A DNA stretch of 54,514 nt from contig MQRK01227905.1 in NCBI GenBank assembly GCA_001938485.1, forward strand, positions 33,854-88,367, in the 5' to 3' direction. Source of the stretch: Girardia tigrina. Taxonomy: Eukaryota. Below the pieces are notes generated by a model. The model was not told the DNA's origin. It made no database searches and saw nothing but the letters and a program-made list of their open reading frames with translations. The position numbers and the translations under genes are program-made. This document shows positions 1-13,100 of this stretch, one piece after another. The first letter of the stretch is position 1, and each line of letters opens with the position of its first letter.

Positions 1-699
1 TTATCTAATAAACTATTAAAACAAACAAATGTGTCAATGTATATTATAATACATCAATAGGTTGACTTTAGTTTAAAAAAGAACTAATTTACCTAAAACT
101 TTTAAAAATGCACGAAAATATAATTGCAANNNNNNNNNNNNNNNNNNNNNNNNNNNNNNNNNNNNNNNNNNNNNNNNNNNNNNNNNNNNNNNNNNNNNNN
201 NNNNNNNNNNNNNNNNNNNNNNNNNNNNNNNNNNNNNNNNNNNNNNNNNNNNNNNNNNNNNNNNNAATGTTTTTGCAAATGTTTTCAAAGGTTATTTCTT
301 GTTTCAAATTTAAACTTATTGAATATGTTAAGTAAAATAGATAAAGCTTCAGAAAGAATAGTAGGATTACTTCTAATAGTTAATCTTATATAATAATGAA
401 GCAAAAATATAATAACTGGTTAAAATTCCAATGACATTGGAAAGCGTTTGAGAATGAAAGATGAAATGCAGTAACAATAGCAAAAGTTAGAAAATTTTGA
501 CCAAAGATCTAATGGAACATGTTTCTACTACAATTATTTTATATAAATTCAGAAGGACAACAATAATTAATGATCATGGCCCCACACTGCTTCAGAAATC
601 AACAAAGTCATGTGTGTAGAAGATATTGAAGTAAAAGAATTCCTTTTAATCAAATATAAAATATGGCAGATTATTTTTCACAAAATGGTAGTGGAAATG

Positions 700-960
700 T
701 CTGGAAATTAGTAAACAAATCATGATAAGAACCAATTATGGGAAAATACTGTTTTAAGACGTCGTGACATCTAGAATTATTGTTCACTGTCAATACAAAA
801 AAATAAAGATGATTTATGCATCAAGCGGTAAAATATGGTTAATTTTTATAGTGACAATTTAGTAATCAGAAATTTTGATTCACACTATGAGCGGCAGTTC
901 TGTGAATCATTATTAATAAGACACTACAACCCATTAATACATATTCAAAATAGATAAAGT
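700..960 (+). mobile_element. degraded Penelope-like GIY-YIG endonuclease C-terminus
   Basis: translates to ..YERQFCESLLIRHYNPLIHIQNR*, resembling the R...E.l.I....P.iN.Q end of the clear Penelope copies in this window. Confidence 0.4.
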
Positions 961-1096
961 AAAGCCGTTTCAAATCTTAAAAAATTTTAATTAAAATTTT
1001 TAAAACTTTTTGCCATTATTATCCAATAATATCTTAAAGTAAATAAATAAATAAATATATGAGTTATATTTGAGAAAGCAATATTATTAGTTACAG

Positions 1097-1130
1097 TTAT
1101 TTCTCGCACCACGCGGACAATTGTTGAGAG
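1097..1130 (+). CDS. PIKFYVE: candidate exon, DEP-like domain 1 ([12 protein letters not shown])
   Basis: ttacag acceptor and gttgtc donor; phase 2 joins exon 1311. Confidence 0.45.
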
Positions 1131-4100
1131 GTTGTCATTATAAACTATTCAATTTTTAAAGGTTTTTTAAAATCAACGCAATTAGAAACTTTTTCGACGC
1201 AGTCTGAAATCTTAGTCCTAAAAAACTTAACCTAGCACAGAAACCCGCGCAGTGCGAGGAATTACTTGAAAATATTACTTTTATAAAATGAATAAATAAA
1301 TAATATTTAGATATCAAGCCACAATAATGTGCCAGTCGTACTTGGAAATGCAATTATTGTATCCATATTTTCCTGAAAAGGAAAATAAATTCAAATGTGA
1401 TAGTACTTTATATGTTATTCGTGAGGTATCTTTATTATATTTAGAATATAAAAATTAAAAAAATTTTTTTTCACTAAAATTGTTACATTTGTAGTGCACC
1501 AAACAAGTCCATAAACTATGCAGTGCGACACTATATTTTGTCTATTTTTAAATTATTATCACCACAGGATTAATGTTAGCAATAACTTGTACTTGGTTTT
1601 AATTTATTAGTTCTAATTTTATCCTTAAAGTCAATTAAAGTTTAATTTAAACTCTAAGTGATAAATTGCGTACATTTTGTCTGATGATAAATTAGCATAA
1701 TCTTTATATCTGATCTCCAACTTGAGTGATCGTCAGTTAAGTATCTTTATTTGTAAGATATACACTGATTGTAACCAGGTATTCTTGGAAACTACGTTCT
1801 CTTCACAAAGTTTTCATCATTAAACTCTCGATCTGTATAATCGTTTTTTATGAGCATAAATTATTATTGCAATGTAACTTCCGTTGACGGCTCTTAAATA
1901 TACAATAAACACCATCTCACTGCCATCTTGTTTCAGATTTCCTAGAACTCATGAAGGATATTTCCATAAATCTTTCTTACCTTGTATGATTTAGTTTGTA
2001 GGCACTTAACTTTGTTTCAAACACCATAAATTTTGAATAATTACAATTTGTGAAAGTGAACTTCTTTGAAAACTTCATTTTTAACCGTCGTTCCGTCTGC
2101 AAATATTCCATTTGTTTAGCAAAATAGCTTTTCATGTAAATTTGAGGTTCCTAAATATGTTTTCGTTCTCAAAGATTAAATTATATTTATACTTAAACAT
2201 TACTGTCAAATTTCTGGTATAATATAAAGATATAATACAGTGCGTTCAAAAAGTAACTGTGCACCTGCAATTTCAAAACAAGAACGATATCCTGTGTTCT
2301 AAAAATCAATAACAAAATATTTTGAATAGTCAATTTTATGTGAAGNNNNNNNNNNNNNNNNNNNNNNNNNNNNNNNNNNNNNNNNNNNNNNNNNNNNNNN
2401 NNNNNNNNNNNNNNNNNNNNNNNNNNNNNNNNNNNNNNNNNNNNNNNNNNNNNNNNNNNNNNNNNNNNNNNNNNNNNNNNNNNNNNNNNNNNNNNNNNNN
2501 NNNNNNNNNNNNNNNNNNNNNNNNNNNNNNNNNNNNNNNNNNNNNNNNNNNNNNNNNNNNNNNNNNNNNNNNNNNNNNNNNNNNNNNNNNNNNNNNNNNN
2601 NNNNNNNNNNNNNNNNNNNNNNNNNNNNNNNNNNNNNNNNNNNNNNNNNNNNNNNNNNNNNNNNNNNNNNNNNNNNNNNNNNNNNNNNNNNNNNNNNNNN
2701 NNNNNNNNNNNNNNNNNNNNNNNNNNNNNNNNNNNNNNNNNNNNNNNNNNNNNNNNNNNNNNNNNNNNNNNNNNNNNNNNNNNNNNNNNNNNNNNNNNNN
2801 NNNNNNNNNNNNNNNNNNNNNNNNNNNNNNNNNNNNNNNNNNNNNNNNNNNNNNNNNNNNNNNNNNNNNNNNNNNNNNNNNNNNNNNNNNNNNNNNNNNN
2901 NNNNNNNNNNNNNNNNNNNNNNNNNNNNNNNNNNNNNNNNNNNNNNNNNNNNNNNNNNNNNNNNNNNNNNNNNNNNNNNNNNNNNNNNNNNNNNNNNNNN
3001 NNNNNNNNNNNNNNNNNNNNNNNNNNNNNNNNNNNNNNNNNNNNNNNNNNNNNNNNNNNNNNNNNNNNNNNNNNNNNNNNNNNNNNNNNNNNNNNNNNNN
3101 NNNNNNNNNNNNNNNNNNNNNNNNNNNNNNNNNNNNNNNNNNNNNNNNNNNNNNNNNNNNNNNNNNNNNNNNNNNNNNNNNNNNNNNNNNNNNNNNNNNN
3201 NNNNNNNNNNNNNNNNNNNNNNNNNNNNNNNNNNNNNNNNNNNNNNNNNNNNNNNNNNNNNNNNNNNNNNNNNNNNNNNNNNNNNNNNNNNNNNNNNNNN
3301 NNNNNNNNNNNNNNNNNNNNNNNNNNNNNNNNNNNNNNNNNNTAACGCTCGAACTGCATTTCGATGAGGTATTGCTGTTGCGGGAAACTTTTCGGCAAAT
3401 TTTTCCTTCACTGCTTCTGTGTATTCATCATTCGCACGAAAGACATGTTCAATCAAAAATAGTCTCTCCTCCGTTGACAAAACCATTTTCAATTGGAATT
3501 AACTTCGCAATAAATTGACTTTCGTCAATGATTAGATTGAATATCAAAAGGATTTTTTTTTAAAATTTAAAACGCTCAGTGTCAAGGTCAAAGTGTGTAG
3601 GTATGTTTTTTGTTCACGAATCTATTTCATGGTTCGATTTCATAGAAATTTGCATTTAAAAAGTCTGCTACAACGCTGATTATCTAAAAATAAACCAGAC
3701 AATGAAAGGTGCACAGTGACTTTCTGAACGCACTGTATAAAGATAGATGTCTTTTGTATACACTTCTGGAGACCTTGTAGTTTTTTCATTTCTTTAGAAG
3801 TATATTTAGTTTCATAAAATGTTAATAAAAGAGATTTTTTCTTACTGATATGTAGCAGCTTAATGTTACCTTTCTTTAACAAAATGACATGACTCTGGAA
3901 ATCGTTTCCTTATAGAAAGAAAAATTATTATATCATTAATTATTTTACATTATTTATTTTCTAGTTCACGGCTGAATTTAGTCCTTTAACGAACTACGGA
4001 AATTTTTTTAACGAATCTGGTCAGTTTGGTGAGTTTGATGTCTTTATTATAATCTAGTACGACTGATAATAGATTATTATTATTATCATATATATAATTA

Positions 4101-7100
4101 TATAAATAAAAAACTGAATTAAAGAGGTGAATTATTAATACGAAAAATTATATTTTTCCATAACTTTAAAGTTATTTTAGTAATAATAAAAACTATTCCT
4201 CCAAGTAATAGAATTTATAAGTACCAATCATCTCAAACATCCGAATTTTTAAGTACCACTCAAACAGCTTCAAATCTAAAAATTGTTGATACACTTCCGC
4301 AATTTTATCAAATGATTTAAATCGAAAACCTTTCAAAAAGGGTTGCATCGTTCGATCGGCATTAGAGCTCAGGATCGATAGCACGACCATTCGGAAAAAG
4401 TTCAAAGTATACACATACGTCTTCTAAGTACTTCAAAACATAAACCTTGAACTTCTTGTTAAATCGCTCTTGACGCGGCACTGATGGCGTTGCTCTACCT
4501 CGTGGAACTCAATATTTGGTTCAATTTTGATTGACAAGATAAACCAATTGCTCTTCAGGAATCACAATGTGTTTTCTGAATTGGTCGTTTATTGGAATGT
4601 TGATCAGTTGTTTGTGGCTTCCATTTCAGTACACTCTTGGGGATCTTGGAATAGTATGTAAACAAAATCAAGTGGTTGCAAATAATGACGAATCATTGAT
4701 TTCCCAACTTAAGATAGATGTACAAAATGTTGAATATTGATGATCGTTTAGTGTCCAAAGCCTTTTGGAAGTTGTTATCTTCTAACTTTAACTACGAGAC
4801 TTATTTTAAAAACTTATATCACTAAATTAAAATCGTTTTGAACTCATTGATATGTTCTTGGGACTAACAGTTAATTCGCTTTTGTATCAAAAATCTCTTA
4901 ATGAGCATCTCTTACTGAACGAGTCCGTGTCCAATAGTAGCGGATCAAAATGCAAAGTTCGAATTTATCAATTTTAATTAGAGTTGAAATGATGATTTAA
5001 TAAAAATGATGTTCAACGAATTCTAAGAAAATTACCATATGTATACGAAATCATGAAGAATGAAAACTGAATTAACAAAAATGGAATAGTTCTAGAAAGT
5101 CACAGAACCTTCACGACAACTGAATATTGCAAATTTGTAATCTTAATTTACCAAAAACGTTTAATCATTTCCCATCTGATTTTAGCATCAATTGAAAAAT
5201 TATTATGTTGGTAACGCCATTGAAAATAGGAAAACTGGTGATCTGGTCGCCACTTCAGTGGGAATACTTTTATTTCTACACTTTAAAGCTTTAACTAATA
5301 AATTATTTCTTTAAAAAATAGTGTTGTTGTTTAATGTTTTGGTAATAACCAAATACATTTTAAAGTAAAAAAATTAAGCATTATATTTTTCTTTATTCTT
5401 CTAAAATTTTTTGAGAGCGTTAAAGATTTTCAAAGCCATTATTTCACTGGGCGAATATCGAATCTATTATATTTTTCCATAAATTTCCTGATTATTTAGT
5501 AATAATAAAACTATTCCTCCAAGTAAAAGAATTTATAAGTACCAAGCATCTCAAACAACCGAATTTTTAAGTACCACTTTTAAGAACAATGATAAATTGT
5601 TCTGTGTTTCATAAGAATATCAGCAGTTAAATTCATGAATTATTGGAGTCTACCTATCGGAAAGATGCTTCTTTATTAACTGGGTAGTTTTTGGGGGTAA
5701 ATAAGCGATTCGCCTAAATGAAGTTTTACCTAAATGGTTAGGGGTTAGGTTAGGGTGATTCATTCGTAATTAAATGAATCACAAAATAAAAATATAGTTT
5801 AATAACATTTTTTATTAAAAAACAATATTTTTTATTCATTAGATGACAGCTCATACGATTCAAACGTTTTTTTCCTTGTTGATCTGCCGAACGGAAGTTA
5901 ATTTGTGATTTTCGAAAGGACAATTTATTAATTATACCCTTTTATTATAAAAATGTGCATTTCATTAGGTAAAATAACAATTAGGTAAAACTTCATTTAG
6001 GCGAAACGTCAATTAGGTGAACCGCCTATGAATCGTTTTTGGGTACTAAAATACTGAATGTGTCTTGCATCATTCCTTAATGACACCGAATACCGTCTAT
6101 AAAAATTTAATACATAGGACATAAAGTTTCTGAAAATGGAAGATTAAAGTAACAACATTCGTATAAAATATTCATGTAGGACTAAAGGCTTTGCAAAATT
6201 ATGTTTACTATGCGTACTTTGTTTCCTCTTTGGTGAAATTATAAGATGTTGCATTGCATGTGAAAACAATATTGACATATAAAAGCAGTGCAGAGACAGG
6301 TTCTGTTGCTATATTCTCCCAGATGATGAAACTGAATAATTCAAATGACATTTTGCTGAGTAGAAAATACATTGTCAGAAGATTTCATTTTGGATGAGAT
6401 GAATCTAATTACACTACAGCCATTTTCGAGACAAAGATTGAACAGAACGACTATATGCTTCTTCGACAACCTGCTTATAGTCTTTTCCCCTTTTAAATTT
6501 ATGAAGGAAACATTCAGAATAAGAAAGGTTTACTGTGCGTAGCCCAAAAATTTTAAAACAATGTACCCAAAACTTCTTCAAAATTGTGTAGAACAATAAG
6601 GTTTATACGTAGAAATATTTTGATGTATATTTTTGGTTTAAAACATATTTCAACGACTAAAAAAATAAAATTTGCAACTAATTATGGCTTCTTTTAGCGA
6701 CAAATAAAATATCATTTGGCAACAAAATAAATAATTATTCAAAAAATTAAAAAATTATGGCAACTTATTTTTAAAAACAAAAATACGCCATTTGTTAAAT
6801 ATACATTTATTTTTCATGACAATTAATTTCGACGGTATAACCGTCATCGTCAGGTCTCAAGAAAAAAATGAATTTTAAATCTGTTTATATAGGCAAGCAG
6901 TGATTATGTCATCAATGGATTATTATGTCATCTAAACACGCTCAATAGGGTTTTTGAGATCGAGCGAGCAATCGACCTGGTGGGAATGGGATCGTTGAAA
7001 GAAACCATAGGACGATCAAAAGAATTGCGGCGAGATCAAACATTACAATTACAGAAGCAGTATGGTGGTACAACAATACACCGTCGGAGAACAAAGAACC

Positions 7101-10100
7101 ACCGAGTTGGATGATATATAGTTATAAATGTATGAAACCCATAAGCCATAAAAGTGACAATGAGATAGAGGACAGTACAAAGGGTACAATGTATTGTGAC
7201 TATCAATTAGTCTGGGTGAAAGCAATGGGAAGCACAAGGTGCACACAACAATGGTTAAAGGGTCAAATATTAAAAAAATTATCAAACTGTAAATATTTAG
7301 TGGATTGTAATGGGTTGAGGTTCCCTCGGCATGTTACCGATTTACGGCCGAGAAGAGTCGAATGCGAGAACGTGAAGAACATAGCTTTGTTTTGGGACAC
7401 AGAGTCAGAAATCGATGAACCAGTGATTACCCACATAAAGCGTGTGAGATGAGTCCGAAGAAGGCCTAAATACTTGGATGACTACGTGGTAGATGGAGAC
7501 TCGGGTACGGACGAATCTGGTGGGGATGTGGGATGAGATGATAATCGAAATTAATAATCATGTTAATTCGATTCTTATATTTTGTTTGAATATTTCGTTA
7601 TTGTGAAAAACCCTTTTTTTGTATTTAATACAATTTAGGAATTTTTTATTCATTGTCATTCTCTACAACACAAATAAATAATTCTTAGCAACAAAATAGA
7701 TAAAATTCAGCAGCAAATTTGTTTTATTATAGCGAAAGGTTAAATAAAAATGCGACAAAAAAAGAATATTAAGAGACAATTGCAATATTATATAAGAAAA
7801 ATAGCTTTAAAAAAGACAAATTGGCTAGCAAACGTTTTTTTAATTACTTAAATACCAGGATTATTAACCGAATGATCTGCAGTATGAGAATCATCGTCAG
7901 TTGTTTAATTAAAACTTTTTTCTTTGATATAATAAAGCATTTGCCGTTTTAGTGGGTCCCCTATTTTTACATCGTAGCACCTGATTTTTGGCTTCATTTG
8001 TGATTGTAATTAATTTAAATCTTAATCGATTTTAGTTTTGTATCTAAATTGCGAATTACATGGACACAACACACTATTCTTGTCTCATATTGATCAACTG
8101 CCTTAACAAATCCATTTGTAATAGATTTGGCGGCATCAGTAAGTAAAACTGATGATTTATATATAATTCCACATACTTTAAATACAACACTTTTTATGTG
8201 TTAAAAATAAACCGGAAATTATCGGATTGTTCATTAAGACCGCCAAGCCAAATGGATGATAGGAACAATCCTTATCGATGGTTCCCACCATAAAAACCGG
8301 ATAACCTTGATAGATAATTTTGTAAAACTTATATCATAACCAGTAACAAATGACTGATTATCATCATTTTTACGGTAACAAATAAATGCACTGTTTCATG
8401 AAAACAAGCTTTAGCTGACAAAACAGTTCGCAAGTGGTTTTATAAGTTCAGAGCTGCTGATTTTAAACTAAGAAATAAGTAGTTTAATTAATAATTTATT
8501 ATTTTGCAAACAAATTTTTTGCCGTTATCTAAAAATTTATATGTATTATATATGATATATGAATTATATCTTTATATTTTCTCATAAAATAACGATTTTC
8601 GATAATAAAAAAACTAGTCGCTATTTTCTAGCTAATTGTTGTAGCAATGAAATATTAATCGTTGAATTTATTTTATTAGTCGTTAATCTATTTTATTAGT
8701 TGCTGATTTACTTTTTTGATGCTAATTAATTTTTTGTCGCAACTTTTTTTACTTTGTTGCCTCTTGTTATCAATAGCCTTTATTTTGGTGTTTAACAAAT
8801 AAAAGTTTCACTATTTTATTTTTGATCCTAGCATGTATATTTTCAATAAATAATGTTATAATTATAAGAGATATCAAAAAACAATATGTATAACATTATA
8901 ATAAATTCGGTAAAATTTTATTTAGGAAACTTGTGTAGTCAAAGTTTTGGAAATTCGATTTTCTATTTGGATAATGGTTAGGTTATATTTAAAATTTTAT
9001 TATTTTTAAATGATATTCTCAAATAACTTTTTATTAATTAGGCAAAATTATCAATTGCTCAAGTATTAAATATAAATCTCCATTTTTAATGATATTAAAT
9101 GGTATTTTTATTTTCCATTAAAAGGAGATTTTCAAACAGTTTTGATAGATCTATGTACAAACATGATTTAGGGTTAAGTCACAGCGTTACCCGACAAAGG
9201 CCCGAAAAAAATATATAATACTTTAGGAGTAATCATATGAGTTATTATAGTAATTTTTAAAATTTAATATATTTGAACAAAAAAGAGAAATTATAAAATG
9301 CAAATTTATTTATATTAAAAATTTTTTATTTTAACAATTTTAAATTTAATTTATGTGAACAAAAAGACAAAAAATGTCCTCTTCTGGGTAAATTATCAAC
9401 CAAGATATAAATAGTAGGGTCAAGTGGTACATGCAAGATTTATCTCGGGAAGGGGGCTAAAATAAAGGACTTTTATTAAAAAATTAAAAAAAATAATATT
9501 TATTATTTGTTATTAATTTAATTTTTTATTAAATAATTTATTATACCACATTAAAACTTAAAAAAAGATATCAGAATATTTTATTTTTCTAAAAATATTT
9601 TTAAATTTCGGAATGTAATTCCCCACAACCTATTTATCTTAAATATTTTTTTAGATTTTACTATCCAATATCCTTATAGCATCCTATTATAATTTTCAAA
9701 TTTCTTAGTGTTATAACATTTTTCTTTATATTTTTAGTGATTGCTGCTTTCTCTCTTGCCCCAATCTTCGGACACCCATAATAGGATTAATTTCCTATTA
9801 TTAACTAATTAATTTTTTTTTAAAAAAATAACATATTTTCAATACATTTATGAAATTTATATTTTGTACTAAATTAGCAATTATTTTATTTAAATAATAT
9901 ATTAAATTGATTATTCACGATTTTCGTAATTACATAATTTGGTTTTTCTTGCATATGTCATGGAGCGTAATTCGGTTTTAACTTGGCGCATTTGTCCGGG
10001 TACCAAGTCACTGGTTTCAATTCCATAATCCATTGAAAAAACAGGAAAACTTAAATAAAATACTATTTTCATTGAAAAATATTGATGTATTAAAAAAATA

Positions 10101-13100
10101 TCAAATATCAATGAGGCATAATTTATGTAGGGTATTTATTTATGGATTTATTTTTATTTTCTTAGAAAAAATACTGATAGATGAAAATAACTTGATTAAA
10201 TATAAAAATTATTTTTATAAAAATAACACATATCTGATGAGTTTGTATTTTAACACGAATTCGAGTTATTATGATTTTGGCTTAAGTTTCTTTACTTATT
10301 GTCGATTTTTTTATTCCGTTTTTTTGTGCAATACAATGTACAATAATTTTTTAAGTTTTACAATGAATTAATCTTATATTTGTTTACTGTCTGTAATAAA
10401 TAAGATAGGAGATATGTACTATCACATTCTACGCCCATATAGGCGAATGATCTTATTTGTAGTTTCGTGGTGGATACGATTGAATTTTAAAGATAAATGT
10501 TCTTTTAACATAACAAATTCCAACTTATCGGTTATTGTATACTATGTGTCTCACATAAAACCTCATTTTAAATGTGCAATAAGTCAGAGAGAAGATATTT
10601 ATTCTCTTCTTATCCTCTCTGATCATAGGTGGTCACCCAACGGATGTTCTAGGATCATTTTGTTCAGAAACTGACAACCTTTTTTTCTTATTAAGTCCTG
10701 TATGAATATCTAAAACCCAATGTGTAATATGTAATAGAAAGATTCATTGAACAAATATTTTTGCTTTGTGATAGCTATATATTTGATTTTTATTCCATAT
10801 TTAAGTATCTAATGTTTTTGATTATTTTGATGATTCTGACACATTCTCTTAGATTCCTCGAATTCCAGACATCTGTCAAATAAAGATGAAGAATCTCGTA
10901 AGTTTGTTTTTATTTTAATTGATGGAATGTTTATGCATATGAATTTAATGTTAAGATTAAGAGGAAAAGATTTTTATAATGCCAGTATTTATATTAGGCT
11001 AATAATGTTTCAGTTTGGTTGTTAAGTAAGGATTTGCTTTTCAATTACTACAGCTCATTCCATACCAATCCATTTGTTATATTTCTTCGTTCAGTGTTAT
11101 AATTTTACTTGTTTTAAAAGAAAGATTCCAAAACATATTCAGCATTGGCTTTCAAACAATAAGCTAATCCTCAGATTGTTGTATTTAGGTATTTCACAAA
11201 TGTTATCATTAATTACATTAACTATACATATAATAAAGAGTGTTAGTCCGGTTGCTACAATTTTCATTAGTTTCAATAATTTCCCTAAATTAATTTGTTC
11301 ATATCTTCTAGACTCACTAGTTACTCTATCCATTGTAATGAATGTTTCCTCATTGGACTTTTGACGATTGATTATGAAATTTAAATAACATTTGTATGGT
11401 TCCAATTATTGAGTCTCCACTTGCTCTGTAAAACTTTATTAATGTTTCTTCTTACGTACAGTTCAACGAAGAGTCAGCATGCAAAGTTTAGTTAGGCTCG
11501 TTGTTCAATGATGAAAAATAATCAATTTGAATTAGCATGATTGCAACTGTTGGTCGGTTGATAATTTTCAATGCAGCACTCGAAAAATGATATTGATTGA
11601 AAAATATTTTGCCGTTTTAAAAATTTCTTACATTTGTACCGTTTAATTGGTTGCTATATTTTTTTTATGATTTACACGAATTTCACCAATTTTTTTCTGG
11701 GAATCACTTTCTTGTCATACTACTGCCCAGTATAGTATAACTGCAGTGTATTCACAAAAAAATTCCGCATAATTATGCGAACTGTAACTATCATGACTGT
11801 AACAGTTCAATACATATTTTCAAAAAATATTTTCAAGCATTTGTATGGTTTCGAAACGAATTTAGCCATTTTTATGATGCTATAATATTGTTGAATTAAA
11901 TTAATTTAATTTTTATATTTAATAATTACTTACAATTGTAAGTAAATAATAAAAGCGTTACGCAACAGACAAACAGACAAACACATGACCACTGGGTTAT
12001 ATATATATATATGTATACACTTTGAGAAATATTTTATTATGGGTTTGTTATTTGTTGTTCTGGGACTTTGTCTCTCCTACCTAGATGGAAGATGTATGTT
12101 TTTTAAGTTTTTTATATTTGGATCACTCGGACAAAATATCTTAAATTTTGAATGTAAATTATTACATTGAAAATTATTTCAAAATAAGGATGAATTTTTA
12201 ATGTCTTAAATATTTAATTTTAAAAATAATAATGCAAATATTGTTCAAATAATCAGTTTTTAGAAAGACATTCTTAATTTATCAATTTTAAACGATTCAT
12301 GCTTACGAAAGTTTTGTTGATGATTGTTCTGGGGATAATTCAAGTTGTAATATTAAAAAAATGTCGGAAAACATAATAATATACCTAATATTGCAAAAAG
12401 TAATAGAGTAAAAAAAGTAAATAAAAATAATTGAATAAAAAGTAAATATCCACAATCCAAGGGGTACTGCAAAGGAAAGACAGACATGTCTAAGAAAATG
12501 TAACATTTCATAGTATTTAAGCAATTAGATATCGAATAAAATGTAAATTACTATTTATCTTTCTTTATCGATTGGAATGACTTAATCCTTTGAAGAGATA
12601 ACAAGTGAACTGAAATCTTAAAGAATCAGTACTACAGTTTCATTTCTTAATCAGTTTTTTACGTATGCCGACAAATATCTATTTTAGTAATCTAATAATC
12701 ACAAGTTGTTTTGAGCATATAAATGATTGACCGAAAATCGTCCTTGTCATCCTTATATTACTTGGCAGAATAAAAGCATAAGGATTAAAAAATTAAAGCC
12801 TTTCGCAAATTATCAGAAGGATCTGCTTTCAAAATTTACCAAGATGTCTAAAACTGCTATTTAACAATATTTTTCACATGGACAACAAAAAAATCATTGA
12901 AGATAATATTGTAAAAGAGAAACTAATTCAAATTATGTCGACCATTCTGAAAGTCAAATTTACAAAAAGTGCCAACATTTCGGAAAAGTATTTGAAAGAA
13001 AAGCGATTAGTGATGGACAAACTTAAGAAAATGATTCTGCTAACTGTAGTCATCCAGTTCGAGTGAATCTGAATGTTTTCTGGTCAAAAGTTGTTGGGAG

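Noticed and set aside
2193-3518. Long ~400-aa ORFs in the track (also those at 73-393 and 36320-36614)
   Set aside because: They are artefacts of reading through N gaps; only the transposase start at 3492 is supported
6180-6290. Cys-rich frame as a possible FYVE exon
   Set aside because: No RRHHCR or WxxD motif, and it lies downstream of the DEP-like exons
9911-10674. Short AT-rich ORFs from the track
   Set aside because: Low-complexity F/I/K/N/Y composition expected by chance; no motifs
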